From positions 106,982 through 170,981 of the forward strand of contig JAFXQB010000006.1 in NCBI GenBank assembly GCA_017527435.1: a stretch of DNA of 64,000 nucleotides, given 5' to 3'. The stretch is from Salinivirgaceae bacterium. GTDB taxonomy: Bacteria > Bacteroidota > Bacteroidia > Bacteroidales > SZUA-534. Both the position numbers and the translations under genes were made by a program. Position 1 is the first letter of the stretch. Every line of letters begins with the position of its first letter. Below, piece by piece: positions 54,702 to 63,850 of the stretch. The notes below the pieces were generated by a model, which saw only the letters and a list, made by a program, of their open reading frames with translations, had not been told where the DNA came from and did not search any database.

Positions 54702-57509
54702 TTAATGCGCCTCCAGCCAGTTCTTTCCAATGCCAACCTCGGCGGTTAGCGGAATGCTCAGGCTGATGGCCGATTCCATCTCGTTTTTCACCAGTTGGCT
54801 CAGAGCCTCGGTCTCGCCTGGCGCCACATCGAACACAAGTTCGTCGTGAACCTGCATCACCATCGCCGATTTCAGGCCCTGCTCGGCCATTTCGCGGTGG
54901 ATGTTTATCATCGCAATCTTGATGATGTCGGCGGCAGTGCCCTGGATGGGCGCGTTGATGGCGTTCCGCTCGGCGGCGCTGCGCACAAGGCTGTTGGCCG
55001 ACTGCAGGTCGGGCAGATAGCGGCGGCGGTGGCAGAGTGTCTCGGTGTAGCCCACGTTTCGCGCTGTGGCGATGCTCTTGTCCATATACTCTTTCACGCC
55101 TGGGAAACTGGCGAAATAGTTGTCGATAATCTCCTTTGCTTCAGTCACTTTGATGCCAGTGTTCTGCGCCAGCCCGAACGACGAGATGCCGTAGATGATG
55201 CCGAAGTTGGCGCTTTTGGCCTTGCGCCGCTGCTCGCGCGTGACGCTCTCCACTGGCTCGTGGAAAAGCCGTGCCGCGGTGGCGGCGTGAATGTCCTGAT
55301 TGGCGCGGAAAGCCTCAATCATTGCCGCGTCCTGACTCAGATGAGCCATCAGCCGCAACTCAATCTGCGAGTAGTCGGCGGCCATAATGCAGCCGTCGGC
55401 GTGGGTGGGCACAAACGCCATCCGCACTTTGCGCCCCTGCTCCTCGCGCACGGGAATGTTCTGCAGGTTGGGATTTGTCGAACTCAGGCGACCAGTGGCT
55501 GTAATAGTCTGATTATAAGATGTATGTATTCTCCCAGTTTTGCTGTGAACCATCTGCGGAAGCGCCTCAACGTATGTCGAAAGCAGTTTTTTGAGCGAAC
55601 GGTACTCCAGAATCATCGGCACAATGGGGTGCTTGTCGGCGATTTTTTCGAGCACGTCCTCGGCCGTCGAGTACTGCTTGGTCTTGGTTTTGGCGGCCCC
55701 GCCGATTTTCAGCCGTTCAAACAGAATCTCGCCCAACTGTTTCGGCGACGAGATGTTGAACACCATCCCCGCCTCGGTGTGGATTTTCTGTTCCACATCG
55801 GCAATGGCGGCGCGCAACTCCACGGCGTAGGCGTTCAGCGCGGCGGTGTCGATTTTCACGCCCGTCCACTCCATATCGGCCAGCACACTGATGAGCGGCG
55901 TCTCAATGTTGAAGAACAAATCAATCATATCCGACTTGCGCAATTCGGCCTCCAGCAAGGGTTTCAGGTGGAAGGCGATGTCGGCGTCCTCGCAGGCGTA
56001 GTCGCGCAGCAGCCCGATTTCAACGTTGCGCATTGTGGTTTGCGCGCTTCCGCGACGGCCAATCAGTTCTTCGGTTTTTATTGTGCTGTATTTCAGATAC
56101 GATTCGGCCAGCAAATCAAGGTTGTGGCGCTGCTCGGGCTGGATGAGATAGTGCGCCACCATTGTGTCGAACAGGCGGCCGCGCACCTCAACGCCGTAGT
56201 TTTTCAGCACCAGAATGTCGTATTTCAGATTCTGCCCGATTTTGGCGATGTTCTCATTGCTGAAGAAAGGTTTGAATCTATCGACAACTGCTTGAGCGTC
56301 AGCCTGATTCTCGGGCACGGGCACCAGCCAGCCGCTCTTTTCCTTTGTGCTGAACGACATTGCCACCAGTTCGGCGCTGTGAACGTCGAGCGATGTGGTT
56401 TCGGTGTCGAAGCAAACTTCTTGGCATTCAAGCAGATGGCGCACAAGTTCGGTCTGCTCGTCGGCCGTCTGCGCAATGCGGTAGTCGGGTTTCACATCTT
56501 TGATTGTGTCGAGCGTGGGCGCCACGGGCGGGTTGTCAATGTCGAAAAGCGAGCCTTGCCTCGTGCTGTCGGTGCCGAACAATGTGCCTTGCAGCGGATT
56601 TACAACCGATTTTGCTGATTGTGAAGCCGTTGGCGAAGCCTGACTGAGCGCTCGTGTGAGCATATTGCGGAATTCCAAATCTGCGAACAGAGTTGTTAAT
56701 TTGTCTTTATCTGGCTCTTCGCGCTTAAATTCCTCGGCATCGAACTCAACGGGCGCCTGCGTGTTGATGGTGGCCAGCACCTTCGAGAGCTCAATCTGGC
56801 TACGGAAGTTCACCATATTTTCGCGCTGCTTGCCCTTCAGTTCGTCAATGTGCTCATAGATGCCCTCAATCGAGCCGAAGTCGGTAATCAGTTTTTCGGC
56901 ACCCTTCGGGCCTACGCCTGGGCAGCCTGGAATATTATCCGAAGTGTCGCCCATAAGTCCAAGCAAATCAATTATATGGTCGGGCGTGACGGCAAATTTC
57001 TCTTTCACCTTGGCGGCGTCCCAAATCTCAACATCGCCACCCGAACGGCCTGGTTTGTAAACAAATACGCCATCGCGGACAAGTTGCGCATAATCCTTGT
57101 CAGGCGTCATCATATAAACGGTGAACCCTTCGGCCACAGCCTTGTGAGCCAGCGTTCCGATGATGTCGTCGGCCTCGAATCCATCAACCTGAACCACAGG
57201 AATCCGCAGCGCGCCAATCACTTCCTTAATGAGTGGAATGGCCTGGCGCATATCCTCGGGCATTGCCTCGCGGTTGGCCTTGTACTCGGCGTACATCTGG
57301 TGGCGAAAAGTGGGCCCGTGCGGGTCGAAAACCACGCCAATGTGGCTCGGGTTCTCTTTTTGCAGCACCTCGAGCAGCGTGTTGGTAAACCCGAACACCG
57401 CCGATGTGTTCACACCCTTCGAGTTGATTCGCGGACTCTTGATGAAAGCGTAATAGGCCCTGTATGCCAGCGCGTAGGCATCGAGCAGGAAAAGCGTTTT
57501 GTCAGCCAT
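54702..57509 (-). CDS. polA: DNA polymerase I
   Basis: The 935-aa protein has a 5'-nuclease N-terminus (LLDAYALAYRAYYA), a 3'-5' exonuclease region and polymerase motifs (DYSQIELR, RRKAKSANFGIIYG, QVHDELVF). Confidence 0.97.
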   Translation of the reverse strand: MADKTLFLLDAYALAYRAYYAFIKSPRINSKGVNTSAVFGFTNTLLEVLQKENPSHIGVVFDPHGPTFRHQMYAEYKANREAMPEDMRQAIPLIKEVIGALRIPVVQVDGFEADDIIGTLAHKAVAEGFTVYMMTPDKDYAQLVRDGVFVYKPGRSGGDVEIWDAAKVKEKFAVTPDHIIDLLGLMGDTSDNIPGCPGVGPKGAEKLITDFGSIEGIYEHIDELKGKQRENMVNFRSQIELSKVLATINTQAPVEFDAEEFKREEPDKDKLTTLFADLEFRNMLTRALSQASPTASQSAKSVVNPLQGTLFGTDSTRQGSLFDIDNPPVAPTLDTIKDVKPDYRIAQTADEQTELVRHLLECQEVCFDTETTSLDVHSAELVAMSFSTKEKSGWLVPVPENQADAQAVVDRFKPFFSNENIAKIGQNLKYDILVLKNYGVEVRGRLFDTMVAHYLIQPEQRHNLDLLAESYLKYSTIKTEELIGRRGSAQTTMRNVEIGLLRDYACEDADIAFHLKPLLEAELRKSDMIDLFFNIETPLISVLADMEWTGVKIDTAALNAYAVELRAAIADVEQKIHTEAGMVFNISSPKQLGEILFERLKIGGAAKTKTKQYSTAEDVLEKIADKHPIVPMILEYRSLKKLLSTYVEALPQMVHSKTGRIHTSYNQTITATGRLSSTNPNLQNIPVREEQGRKVRMAFVPTHADGCIMAADYSQIELRLMAHLSQDAAMIEAFRANQDIHAATAARLFHEPVESVTREQRRKAKSANFGIIYGISSFGLAQNTGIKVTEAKEIIDNYFASFPGVKEYMDKSIATARNVGYTETLCHRRRYLPDLQSANSLVRSAAERNAINAPIQGTAADIIKIAMINIHREMAEQGLKSAMVMQVHDELVFDVAPGETEALSQLVKNEMESAISLSIPLTAEVGIGKNWLEAH

Positions 57510-57609
57510 TTTGTTTGTTTTTTAGCAGAGCGAAGATAGGATTTTTTAGGCTATAGAGCAAAGCTGATTGTCACTTGCACCTAATTTCACTTTCTGTTTT
57601 GAAATCCGC

Positions 57610-57617
57610 TAACTTTG
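57610..57617 (+). promoter_or_regulatory. '-7' box TAACTTTG for pyrH-frr
   Basis: A perfect TAnnTTTG lies 36 nt upstream of the ATG at 57654. Confidence 0.4.
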
Positions 57618-57653
57618 GTTCATATTTGAATTTTAAAATACATAATTTGAATT

Positions 57654-58364
57654 ATGGCGAAATACAAACGCATATTGCTGAAACTCAGCGGCGAATCGCT
57701 GATGGGCGCACAAGGCTACGGCATCGACCCGCAACGTTTGGGCGAGTATGCAAAGCAGATTAAGGAGATTGCCGACCTGGGCGTGCAGATTGGCATTGTG
57801 ATTGGTGGTGGCAACATCTTCCGCGGCTTGAGCGGCGCTTCGAAAGGTTTCGACCGCTACAAGGGCGACCAGATGGGAATGCTGGCCACGGTGATAAACG
57901 CAATGGCGCTCTGCTCGGCATTGGAAAGCATCGGCCAGAAGGCGCGCGTGCTCACGGCCATCCGGATGGAACCCATCGGCGAGCTCTACTCGAAGCCGAA
58001 AGCCATCGAAGCCCTGAACAACGGCGAAGTGGCCATCTTCTCGGCCGGAACGGGCAATCCGTACTTCACCACCGACACCGGCTCGTCGCTGCGCGGCATT
58101 GAGATTGAAGCCGACGTGATGCTCAAGGGCACCCGCGTCGACGGCATCTACACTGCCGACCCCGAAAAAGACCCATCGGCAACCAAATTCGACACCATCA
58201 CCTACGACGAAATCTACAACCGCGGCCTGAAAGTGATGGATTTGACCGCCACCACAATGTGCAAAGAGAACAATCTGCCAATCGTGGTCTTCAATATGGA
58301 CAAGCCCGGCAACCTGATTAAAGTGGTGAAGGGCGAAAACATCGGAACATTAGTAACTATTTAA
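57654..58364 (+). CDS. pyrH: UMP kinase
   Basis: YKRILLKLSGESL..., GGGNIFRG and TDPYFTTD-like motifs are present. Confidence 0.95.
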   Translation: MAKYKRILLKLSGESLMGAQGYGIDPQRLGEYAKQIKEIADLGVQIGIVIGGGNIFRGLSGASKGFDRYKGDQMGMLATVINAMALCSALESIGQKARVLTAIRMEPIGELYSKPKAIEALNNGEVAIFSAGTGNPYFTTDTGSSLRGIEIEADVMLKGTRVDGIYTADPEKDPSATKFDTITYDEIYNRGLKVMDLTATTMCKENNLPIVVFNMDKPGNLIKVVKGENIGTLVTI

Positions 58365-58375
58365 TACATACGGCT

Positions 58376-58942
58376 ATGACACAAGAAGACGTAAAAAAAC
58401 AAATCGACAAGGCCAAAGAGCAAATGGCAAAGGCTGTTGATTTTCTTGAAGATTCAATCGCCCATATTCGTGCCGGCAAGGCCGATGTAAGGGTACTTGA
58501 CAATGTGATGGTTGACTATTACGGCTCGCAGATGAGCCTGTCGCAGGTTTCGAACGTGACCGTTCCCGACGCCCGCACCATCAAAATCCAACCGTGGGAA
58601 AAGAAGATGTTTGATGTGATTGAGAAGGCCATTATGGTGTCGAATCTTGGCTTCAACCCAACCAACAACGGCGAGTCGATAATCATTGCCGTTCCGCCAC
58701 TCACCGAGGAGCGCCGCCGCGACCTTGTGAAGCAGGCAAAATCAGAAGGCGAGAACACAAAAATCATCATCCGCAACGTGCGCAAAGACTCGAACGAGGC
58801 TTTCAAGAAGATGAAGAAGGACGGTCTGGCCGAGGATTTGGCAAAGGATGCCGAGGATTCGATGCAGAAACTCACCGACAGCTACATTGCCAAAATCGAC
58901 GAGCTGATTAAGAAGAAAGAGGCTGACATTATGGTGGTTTGA
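58376..58942 (+). CDS. frr: ribosome recycling factor
   Basis: IRAGKA..., VPPLTEERRRDLVK and IRNVRKD motifs are present. Confidence 0.95.
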   Translation: MTQEDVKKQIDKAKEQMAKAVDFLEDSIAHIRAGKADVRVLDNVMVDYYGSQMSLSQVSNVTVPDARTIKIQPWEKKMFDVIEKAIMVSNLGFNPTNNGESIIIAVPPLTEERRRDLVKQAKSEGENTKIIIRNVRKDSNEAFKKMKKDGLAEDLAKDAEDSMQKLTDSYIAKIDELIKKKEADIMVV

Positions 58943-58968
58943 TGCCGCCGCATTTGCGACTATAGACA

Positions 58969-58999
58969 AGCCTTCCGCCGATTGACGGAGGGCTTTTTT
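58969..58999 (+). terminator. rho-independent terminator after frr
   Basis: AGCCTTCCG-(8 nt)-CGGAGGGCT forms 9 bp with one G-U, followed by T6. Confidence 0.7.
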
Positions 59000-59016
59000 A
59001 GCGCCCTGCCGGGCGG

Positions 59017-59141
59017 AAATTTTCATAAAATTCAAAATCGAAATTTATATAAAATTTTAGAAATCAAATTTTTATAAATTTCATGAAAGATTTTATTGAA
59101 ATTTCTCGCAGAGCGATGTCCTTGAATTAATCATACCTTTG
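59017..59141 (+). promoter_or_regulatory. AT-rich control region with six AAATTT tracts and a '-7' box TACCTTTG abutting the start codon
   Basis: AAATTT occurs at 59018, 59041, 59052, 59066, 59076 and 59099. TACCTTTG is at 59134-59141, only 5 nt before the ATG at 59147. Confidence 0.4.
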
Positions 59142-59146
59142 TATTT

Positions 59147-60352
59147 ATGATTATCCACATCGATTGCAACACGTTTTTTGCCAGCTGCGAAGTGGCGTTT
59201 CATCCCGAGCTGTACGGTAAGCCTGTTGTTGTGGCCAACAGCAACGAGACAGGCGGCGGTGTGATTCTGGCGCTCACCCCCGAAGCCAAGCGCCTGGGAC
59301 TGAAGCGTGGCAATCCGGTCTTTCAGGTGCGCAAGCTCATCCATGACAATGGTGTTGTGATGTTCGACGCCAATCACGGCAAGTACCGCGAAATATCGCA
59401 CCATATAATGCAAACTGTTGTGGGACAGGATATTATCCAAAATTTTGTGCAATACAGCATCGATGAGTTTTTTGGCGAGATTCCTGTTGATGACGAAACC
59501 GAAGTGCGCCATTACGTGAGTCTAGTGAAAGACCTTATTAAGAAAGAAACTGATATTCCGGTGAGTTGCGGATGCTCGCAAACCTACACTCTGGCAAAGG
59601 TGGCCACCTGGTACTCAAAACATTACAACGGCTATAAGGGCATCTGTGTGCTGTCGGAAGCCAACAGGCAGAAAGCGCTCGCCGGGCTGCCTATCGGTGA
59701 TGTGTGGGGCATCGGACGGTCGTTTGTGCGGTTTATGGCGGACAATAATATTAGCACTGCTCTCGACTTTGCCAAGATGTCGGAACCCTACGTGCAGCGG
59801 TATCTGAAGACTGGCGGATTGCGCACTTGGAAAGAATTGCACGGCGTGCGCGCCATCGAGATTGAGCGCGGCGATGCGCAGAAAAGTCTGTCGCACTCGC
59901 AAACCTTTGCCTATATGACTGATGAAAAGCAGCAGTTGCGCGAGATAACGGCCGATTTTGTGTCGCGGCTTGCCTACAAACTGCGCGCGCAGAACAGCAT
60001 GTGCAGGACTGTAACCCTGTTTTTCCGTACCAACCGTCACCGCACCGACCTGCCGCAATACAGCGCTCACGACTCGCGAACTCTGCCGGCACACACGCAG
60101 GACACTCGCATAATCACCGAAGCCGCCTTGCAACTGCTCGACCAACTTTTCAGACCCGGCTTTCAATATAAGAAACTCGGGGTGGTGTTGTCCGATTTTG
60201 TGCCGTCAACCGCCGTGCAGCTCGACCTTTTCAATGCCGACAACGACCGCAAGAGCCGCCAGCTGATGCAGGCTCTCGATGACATCAACCGCCGCTTTGG
60301 CGAGCAGACCATCCACAGCGCACTATCGGTGCACAACAAGAAGTCAGAGTAG
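59147..60352 (+). CDS. Y-family (UmuC-like) translesion DNA polymerase
   Basis: MIIHIDCNTFFASCEVAFHPELYGKPVVV is the N-terminus, and the C-terminus has a KLGVVLSDFVPSTAVQLDLF UmuC-type tail. No umuD/S24 peptidase gene is adjacent. Confidence 0.85.
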   Translation: MIIHIDCNTFFASCEVAFHPELYGKPVVVANSNETGGGVILALTPEAKRLGLKRGNPVFQVRKLIHDNGVVMFDANHGKYREISHHIMQTVVGQDIIQNFVQYSIDEFFGEIPVDDETEVRHYVSLVKDLIKKETDIPVSCGCSQTYTLAKVATWYSKHYNGYKGICVLSEANRQKALAGLPIGDVWGIGRSFVRFMADNNISTALDFAKMSEPYVQRYLKTGGLRTWKELHGVRAIEIERGDAQKSLSHSQTFAYMTDEKQQLREITADFVSRLAYKLRAQNSMCRTVTLFFRTNRHRTDLPQYSAHDSRTLPAHTQDTRIITEAALQLLDQLFRPGFQYKKLGVVLSDFVPSTAVQLDLFNADNDRKSRQLMQALDDINRRFGEQTIHSALSVHNKKSE

Positions 60353-60404
60353 GGGCGCTGTCGCGAAAAAATTCCACAAAATTTGATTTTTGCCGCCAAC
60401 GTGC

Positions 60405-60412
60405 TAAATTTG
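60405..60412 (+). promoter_or_regulatory. '-7' box TAAATTTG
   Basis: A perfect TAnnTTTG lies 66 nt upstream of the ATG at 60479. Confidence 0.3.
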
Positions 60413-60478
60413 CTATGTTTTGCATCGACGCATATATTTCAAAAAACACAATTGCCTAATGGATATCTGCAACAGACG

Positions 60479-61591
60479 ATGAATGAGCGTTATTACTATA
60501 TTGACAGACTGAAGTTTTTTCTGATATGTCTTTTCATCTGCCATCAGTCGCTGATAGCGTATGGCGGCGTGGGTATTTGGTATTACACATCATCCGACAG
60601 GTTTTTGGGTGTGGCGCTCATCACCGTCAACACCATCAAAACCATCAACTTGTCGTTTTTGGCGTCACTGTTTTTTCTGATTTCGGCCATGTTCGCCTAT
60701 GAATCGTATAAGCGCTACGGATTCAAAGATTTTGTCAAACGCAGAGTTAAGCGGCTCGGCATTCCGTTGGTTCTTTATGTACTGATTTTCCATCCCACCA
60801 TCGAGTATCTTGTTGCAAGCACCCATGGCGCAACCGACAAAGGCTGGTTTCCGTTTGTTCTTGAGCAGCTGACAACTGATTTTTCGTTCGGGCCGTTCTG
60901 GTTTGTTGCAGCGCTGCTTGTTTTTGAACTTGGTTTTGCCGTCTTCAAAAAATGCGGTCCCAATATCGACGGACTGATGAGCGAGCTCTGGCAGCAGATT
61001 GCAGCCTTGCGCACCACGCTCTTTGTGCTTGGTGTGGGGCTTCTGGCCTTCGTCATCAGACTGTTGTCGCCGGCCCGTGCCACCCTGCCGGGCATTCAGT
61101 GGGGTTGTTACCCGCTATATGTCGGAATGTTCATTTCCGGACTCATAGCTCAACGCAACGATTGGATTCATAAGCTGAAGATAGGCTTCTCGCTTCCGTG
61201 GTTGCTGTTCGCCTTCCTATGCCTGCCCACAATGCTTTTCTCGGTGCATTTCATCAAAGATTGGAGCATTTTCACAGGCGGACTCAACTCGCAATCGCTC
61301 TTTTTTGCCCTTTGGGAGCCGATGCTATGCGTGGGTATGAACTTCTTCCTGATGACGTTTTTCTTCCGATATTTCAACCAACCGAGTCCAAGAGCCATTC
61401 TATTGACGAACCTTTCGTTTCTCGTCTTTTTCTTTTGCCCGGCGGTGATAGTGCCACTCACCATGTTTTTTGAGCCGCTGGCCATGCCTTTATTCTTCAA
61501 ATGGTTGCTCACAGCCGTTTTGAGCATCGCGTTGAGCTATCTGATAGCCTGGCTGCTCTATAAGATACCGTTTGTACGGAAGATTTTTTAA
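60479..61591 (+). CDS. acyltransferase family 3 (OpgC/OafA-like) membrane protein
   Basis: MNERYYYIDRLKFFLICLFICHQS has the R-x-K...H N-terminal pattern of acyltransferase_3, with about 10 TM helices. I prefer the ATG at 60479. Confidence 0.75.
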   Translation: MNERYYYIDRLKFFLICLFICHQSLIAYGGVGIWYYTSSDRFLGVALITVNTIKTINLSFLASLFFLISAMFAYESYKRYGFKDFVKRRVKRLGIPLVLYVLIFHPTIEYLVASTHGATDKGWFPFVLEQLTTDFSFGPFWFVAALLVFELGFAVFKKCGPNIDGLMSELWQQIAALRTTLFVLGVGLLAFVIRLLSPARATLPGIQWGCYPLYVGMFISGLIAQRNDWIHKLKIGFSLPWLLFAFLCLPTMLFSVHFIKDWSIFTGGLNSQSLFFALWEPMLCVGMNFFLMTFFFRYFNQPSPRAILLTNLSFLVFFFCPAVIVPLTMFFEPLAMPLFFKWLLTAVLSIALSYLIAWLLYKIPFVRKIF

Positions 61592-61693
61592 AATCCATAG
61601 GCGCAAAATCAGCCCGAAAGGCCGAATCTGTCTTCAATCCGTAGTCTTTAGTCGTTGTCTCTAAAATAAATATTGTTCAAACAATAAATTTTA

Positions 61694-61701
61694 TACATTT
61701 G
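61694..61701 (+). promoter_or_regulatory. '-7' box TACATTTG for the ilv leader
   Basis: A perfect TAnnTTTG lies 20 nt upstream of the leader ATG at 61722. Confidence 0.45.
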
Positions 61702-61721
61702 CCGCCGTTAAGATTTTTCGG

Positions 61722-61781
61722 ATGAAGAATTTAGTCAACATAGTCGTTTCTTTGGTCGTGGTCGTGGTGGTCTGCGGATAA
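61722..61781 (+). CDS. ilv operon leader peptide, 19 aa (not in the ORF track)
   Basis: Hand translation gives MKNLVNIVVSLVVVVVVCG-stop. It has 9 Val (6 consecutive), 2 Leu and 1 Ile. Confidence 0.7.
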   Translation: MKNLVNIVVSLVVVVVVCG

Positions 61782-61848
61782 GGAAGGGCTGTGCAATTTA
61801 TTATAAGAAAACGAATTACGAGCCCTTCCATTACGGTCGGGCTTTTTT
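61782..61848 (+). promoter_or_regulatory. transcription attenuator with alternative antiterminator and terminator hairpins
   Basis: GGAAGGGCT (61782-61790) is perfectly complementary to AGCCCTTCC (61821-61829). AGCCC (61821-61825) can instead pair with GGGCT (61839-61843), which runs into T6 (61843-61848). Confidence 0.65.
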
Positions 61849-61873
61849 ATTTTAAACATAAACACCTTCAGAT

Positions 61874-63679
61874 ATGAAACACACACTCAGAAGCGCACAA
61901 ACAACCGAAGGCCGACGGATGGCCGGTGCGCGCGCCCTTTGGGTTGCCAACGGAATGAAGCACGAGCAGATGGGCAAGCCGATTATCGCCATTGCCAACT
62001 CGTTCACACAATTTGTGCCCGGGCACACTCACCTGCACGAGATTGGACAACTGGTAAAGGCTGAAATTGAGCGACTTGGCTGCTACGCCGCCGAGTTCAA
62101 CACCATTGCTATCGACGACGGCATTGCAATGGGCCACGACGGAATGCTCTACTCGCTGCCTTCGCGCGACATTATCGCCGACTCGGTTGAGTATATGTGC
62201 AACGCCCACAAGGCCGACGCGCTCGTCTGCATTAGCAACTGCGACAAAATCACGCCGGGAATGCTGATGGCTTCGATGCGCCTGAATATCCCGACGGTGT
62301 TTGTTTCGGGCGGCCCGATGGAAGCCGGCAAATGGAACGGCGAGAATGCCGACCTGATTACCGCAATGGTTAAAGGCGCCGACCCTTCGATAACCGACCA
62401 ACAGATGAAAGAGATTGAAAGTTGCGCCTGCCCTGGCTGCGGCTCGTGCTCGGGTATGTTCACCGCCAACTCGATGAACTCACTCACAGAGGCTATCGGC
62501 TTGAGCCTTCCTGGCAACGGAACCATTCTGGCCACACACACCAACCGCATTCAACTCTTCAAAGACGCTGCGGCTCTGATAGTTAAGAACGCATATAAAT
62601 ATTACGAGGAGGGCGACGAGAGCGTTCTGCCGAAGAGCATAGCCACACGTGAGGCCTTCCTTAACGCTATGACGCTCGACATTGCAATGGGCGGCTCGAG
62701 CAACACCGTGCTTCACCTTCTGGCTGTGGCCAACGAGGCTGGTGTCGATTTCAAGATGAAAGATATTGACGAGTTAAGCCGCCGCGTGCCGTTCCTGTGC
62801 AAACTGGCGCCCAACACGCAGAAATTCTCGATTCAGGAGTGCAACCGCGCAGGCGGCATTCTTGGCATTCTGAACGAACTGAACAAGGGCGGACTTTTGA
62901 ACACTTCGCTCAAGCGCGTCAACGGTGCAACTCTGGCCGAAGACCTGAAGAAATATTATATCTGCGGAAGCACTATCGACCCCGAGGCAAAACGCATTTA
63001 CAGTAGTGCGCCCGCTGGCAAGTTCAGCACCAAAATGGGCTCACAGTCAGCCGTTTGGGATTCGTTCGACACCGACCGCGCCAACGGCTGCATTCGCGAT
63101 ATTGAGCACGCCTACTCGAAAGACGGCGGCCTGGCCGTGCTGTTCGGCAACATTGCCAAAGACGGCTGCATTGTGAAAACGGCTGGCGTTGATGAGTCGC
63201 TGTGGCATTTCGAAGGACCCGCTGTTGTGTTCGATTCACAGGAGGACGCCTGCGAGGGAATTCTCGGCGGCAAGGTCAAGAGCGGCGACTGCGTTGTAAT
63301 CACGCACGAAGGCCCCAAAGGCGGCCCTGGAATGCAGGAGATGCTCTACCCGACGTCGTATATTAAATCGATGCACCTTGGCAAAGAGTGCGCGCTTATC
63401 ACCGACGGACGTTTCTCGGGAGGAACGTCGGGCCTGTCGATTGGCCACATATCGCCTGAAGCGGCTGCTGGCGGCTCTATCGGCAAAATCAAAGACGGCG
63501 ACATTATTGTTATCGACATTCCGTCGCGCTCAATCAGCGTTAAGTTGACCGATGCCGAACTCGAAGCCCGTCCGCAGCGCCCGATGACTCGCAAACGCGT
63601 GGTGCCCAAATCGCTGAAGGCTTACGCGTCGATGGTTAGTTCGGCCGACAAAGGCGCGGTGAGGATTATTCCGGAATGA
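61874..63679 (+). CDS. ilvD: dihydroxy-acid dehydratase
   Basis: The 601-aa protein has [18 protein letters not shown] and [17 protein letters not shown] Fe-S cluster motifs. Confidence 0.96.
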   Translation: MKHTLRSAQTTEGRRMAGARALWVANGMKHEQMGKPIIAIANSFTQFVPGHTHLHEIGQLVKAEIERLGCYAAEFNTIAIDDGIAMGHDGMLYSLPSRDIIADSVEYMCNAHKADALVCISNCDKITPGMLMASMRLNIPTVFVSGGPMEAGKWNGENADLITAMVKGADPSITDQQMKEIESCACPGCGSCSGMFTANSMNSLTEAIGLSLPGNGTILATHTNRIQLFKDAAALIVKNAYKYYEEGDESVLPKSIATREAFLNAMTLDIAMGGSSNTVLHLLAVANEAGVDFKMKDIDELSRRVPFLCKLAPNTQKFSIQECNRAGGILGILNELNKGGLLNTSLKRVNGATLAEDLKKYYICGSTIDPEAKRIYSSAPAGKFSTKMGSQSAVWDSFDTDRANGCIRDIEHAYSKDGGLAVLFGNIAKDGCIVKTAGVDESLWHFEGPAVVFDSQEDACEGILGGKVKSGDCVVITHEGPKGGPGMQEMLYPTSYIKSMHLGKECALITDGRFSGGTSGLSIGHISPEAAAGGSIGKIKDGDIIVIDIPSRSISVKLTDAELEARPQRPMTRKRVVPKSLKAYASMVSSADKGAVRIIPE

Positions 63680-63688
63680 TGGTTTTCG

Positions 63689-63845
63689 CACAGATGACAC
63701 AGATTTAACGGATTAACACAGATATAAAGAGAAAGGTGAGGGGTTGAGACGCTTCGCTGTTTAGAGGTTAGGAAATCTAAACTTCTAAACACCTTAACTT
63801 CTAAACATTAGATTAAACAATTCACCGATTGACCGATTAAACAAT
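63689..63845 (+). repeat. ilvD-ilvB spacer composed of short direct repeats
   Basis: CACAGAT occurs three times (63689, 63698, 63717). AACTTCTAAACA occurs twice (63780, 63796). GATTAAACAAT occurs twice (63811, 63835). CCGATT occurs twice. Confidence 0.8.
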
Positions 63846-63850
63846 AAACA

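Noticed and set aside
54795-56618. A 607-aa plus-strand ORF lies inside polA.
   Set aside because: It is antisense to an unambiguous DNA polymerase I gene, and its translation has no motifs. It is a shadow ORF.
59083-59130. A 15-codon uORF (MKDFIEISRRAMSLN) lies upstream of the UmuC-like gene.
   Set aside because: It would lie upstream of the predicted '-7' box, so it is probably not on the mRNA. It has no amino-acid bias or coupled RNA structure of the kind seen in the ilv leader.
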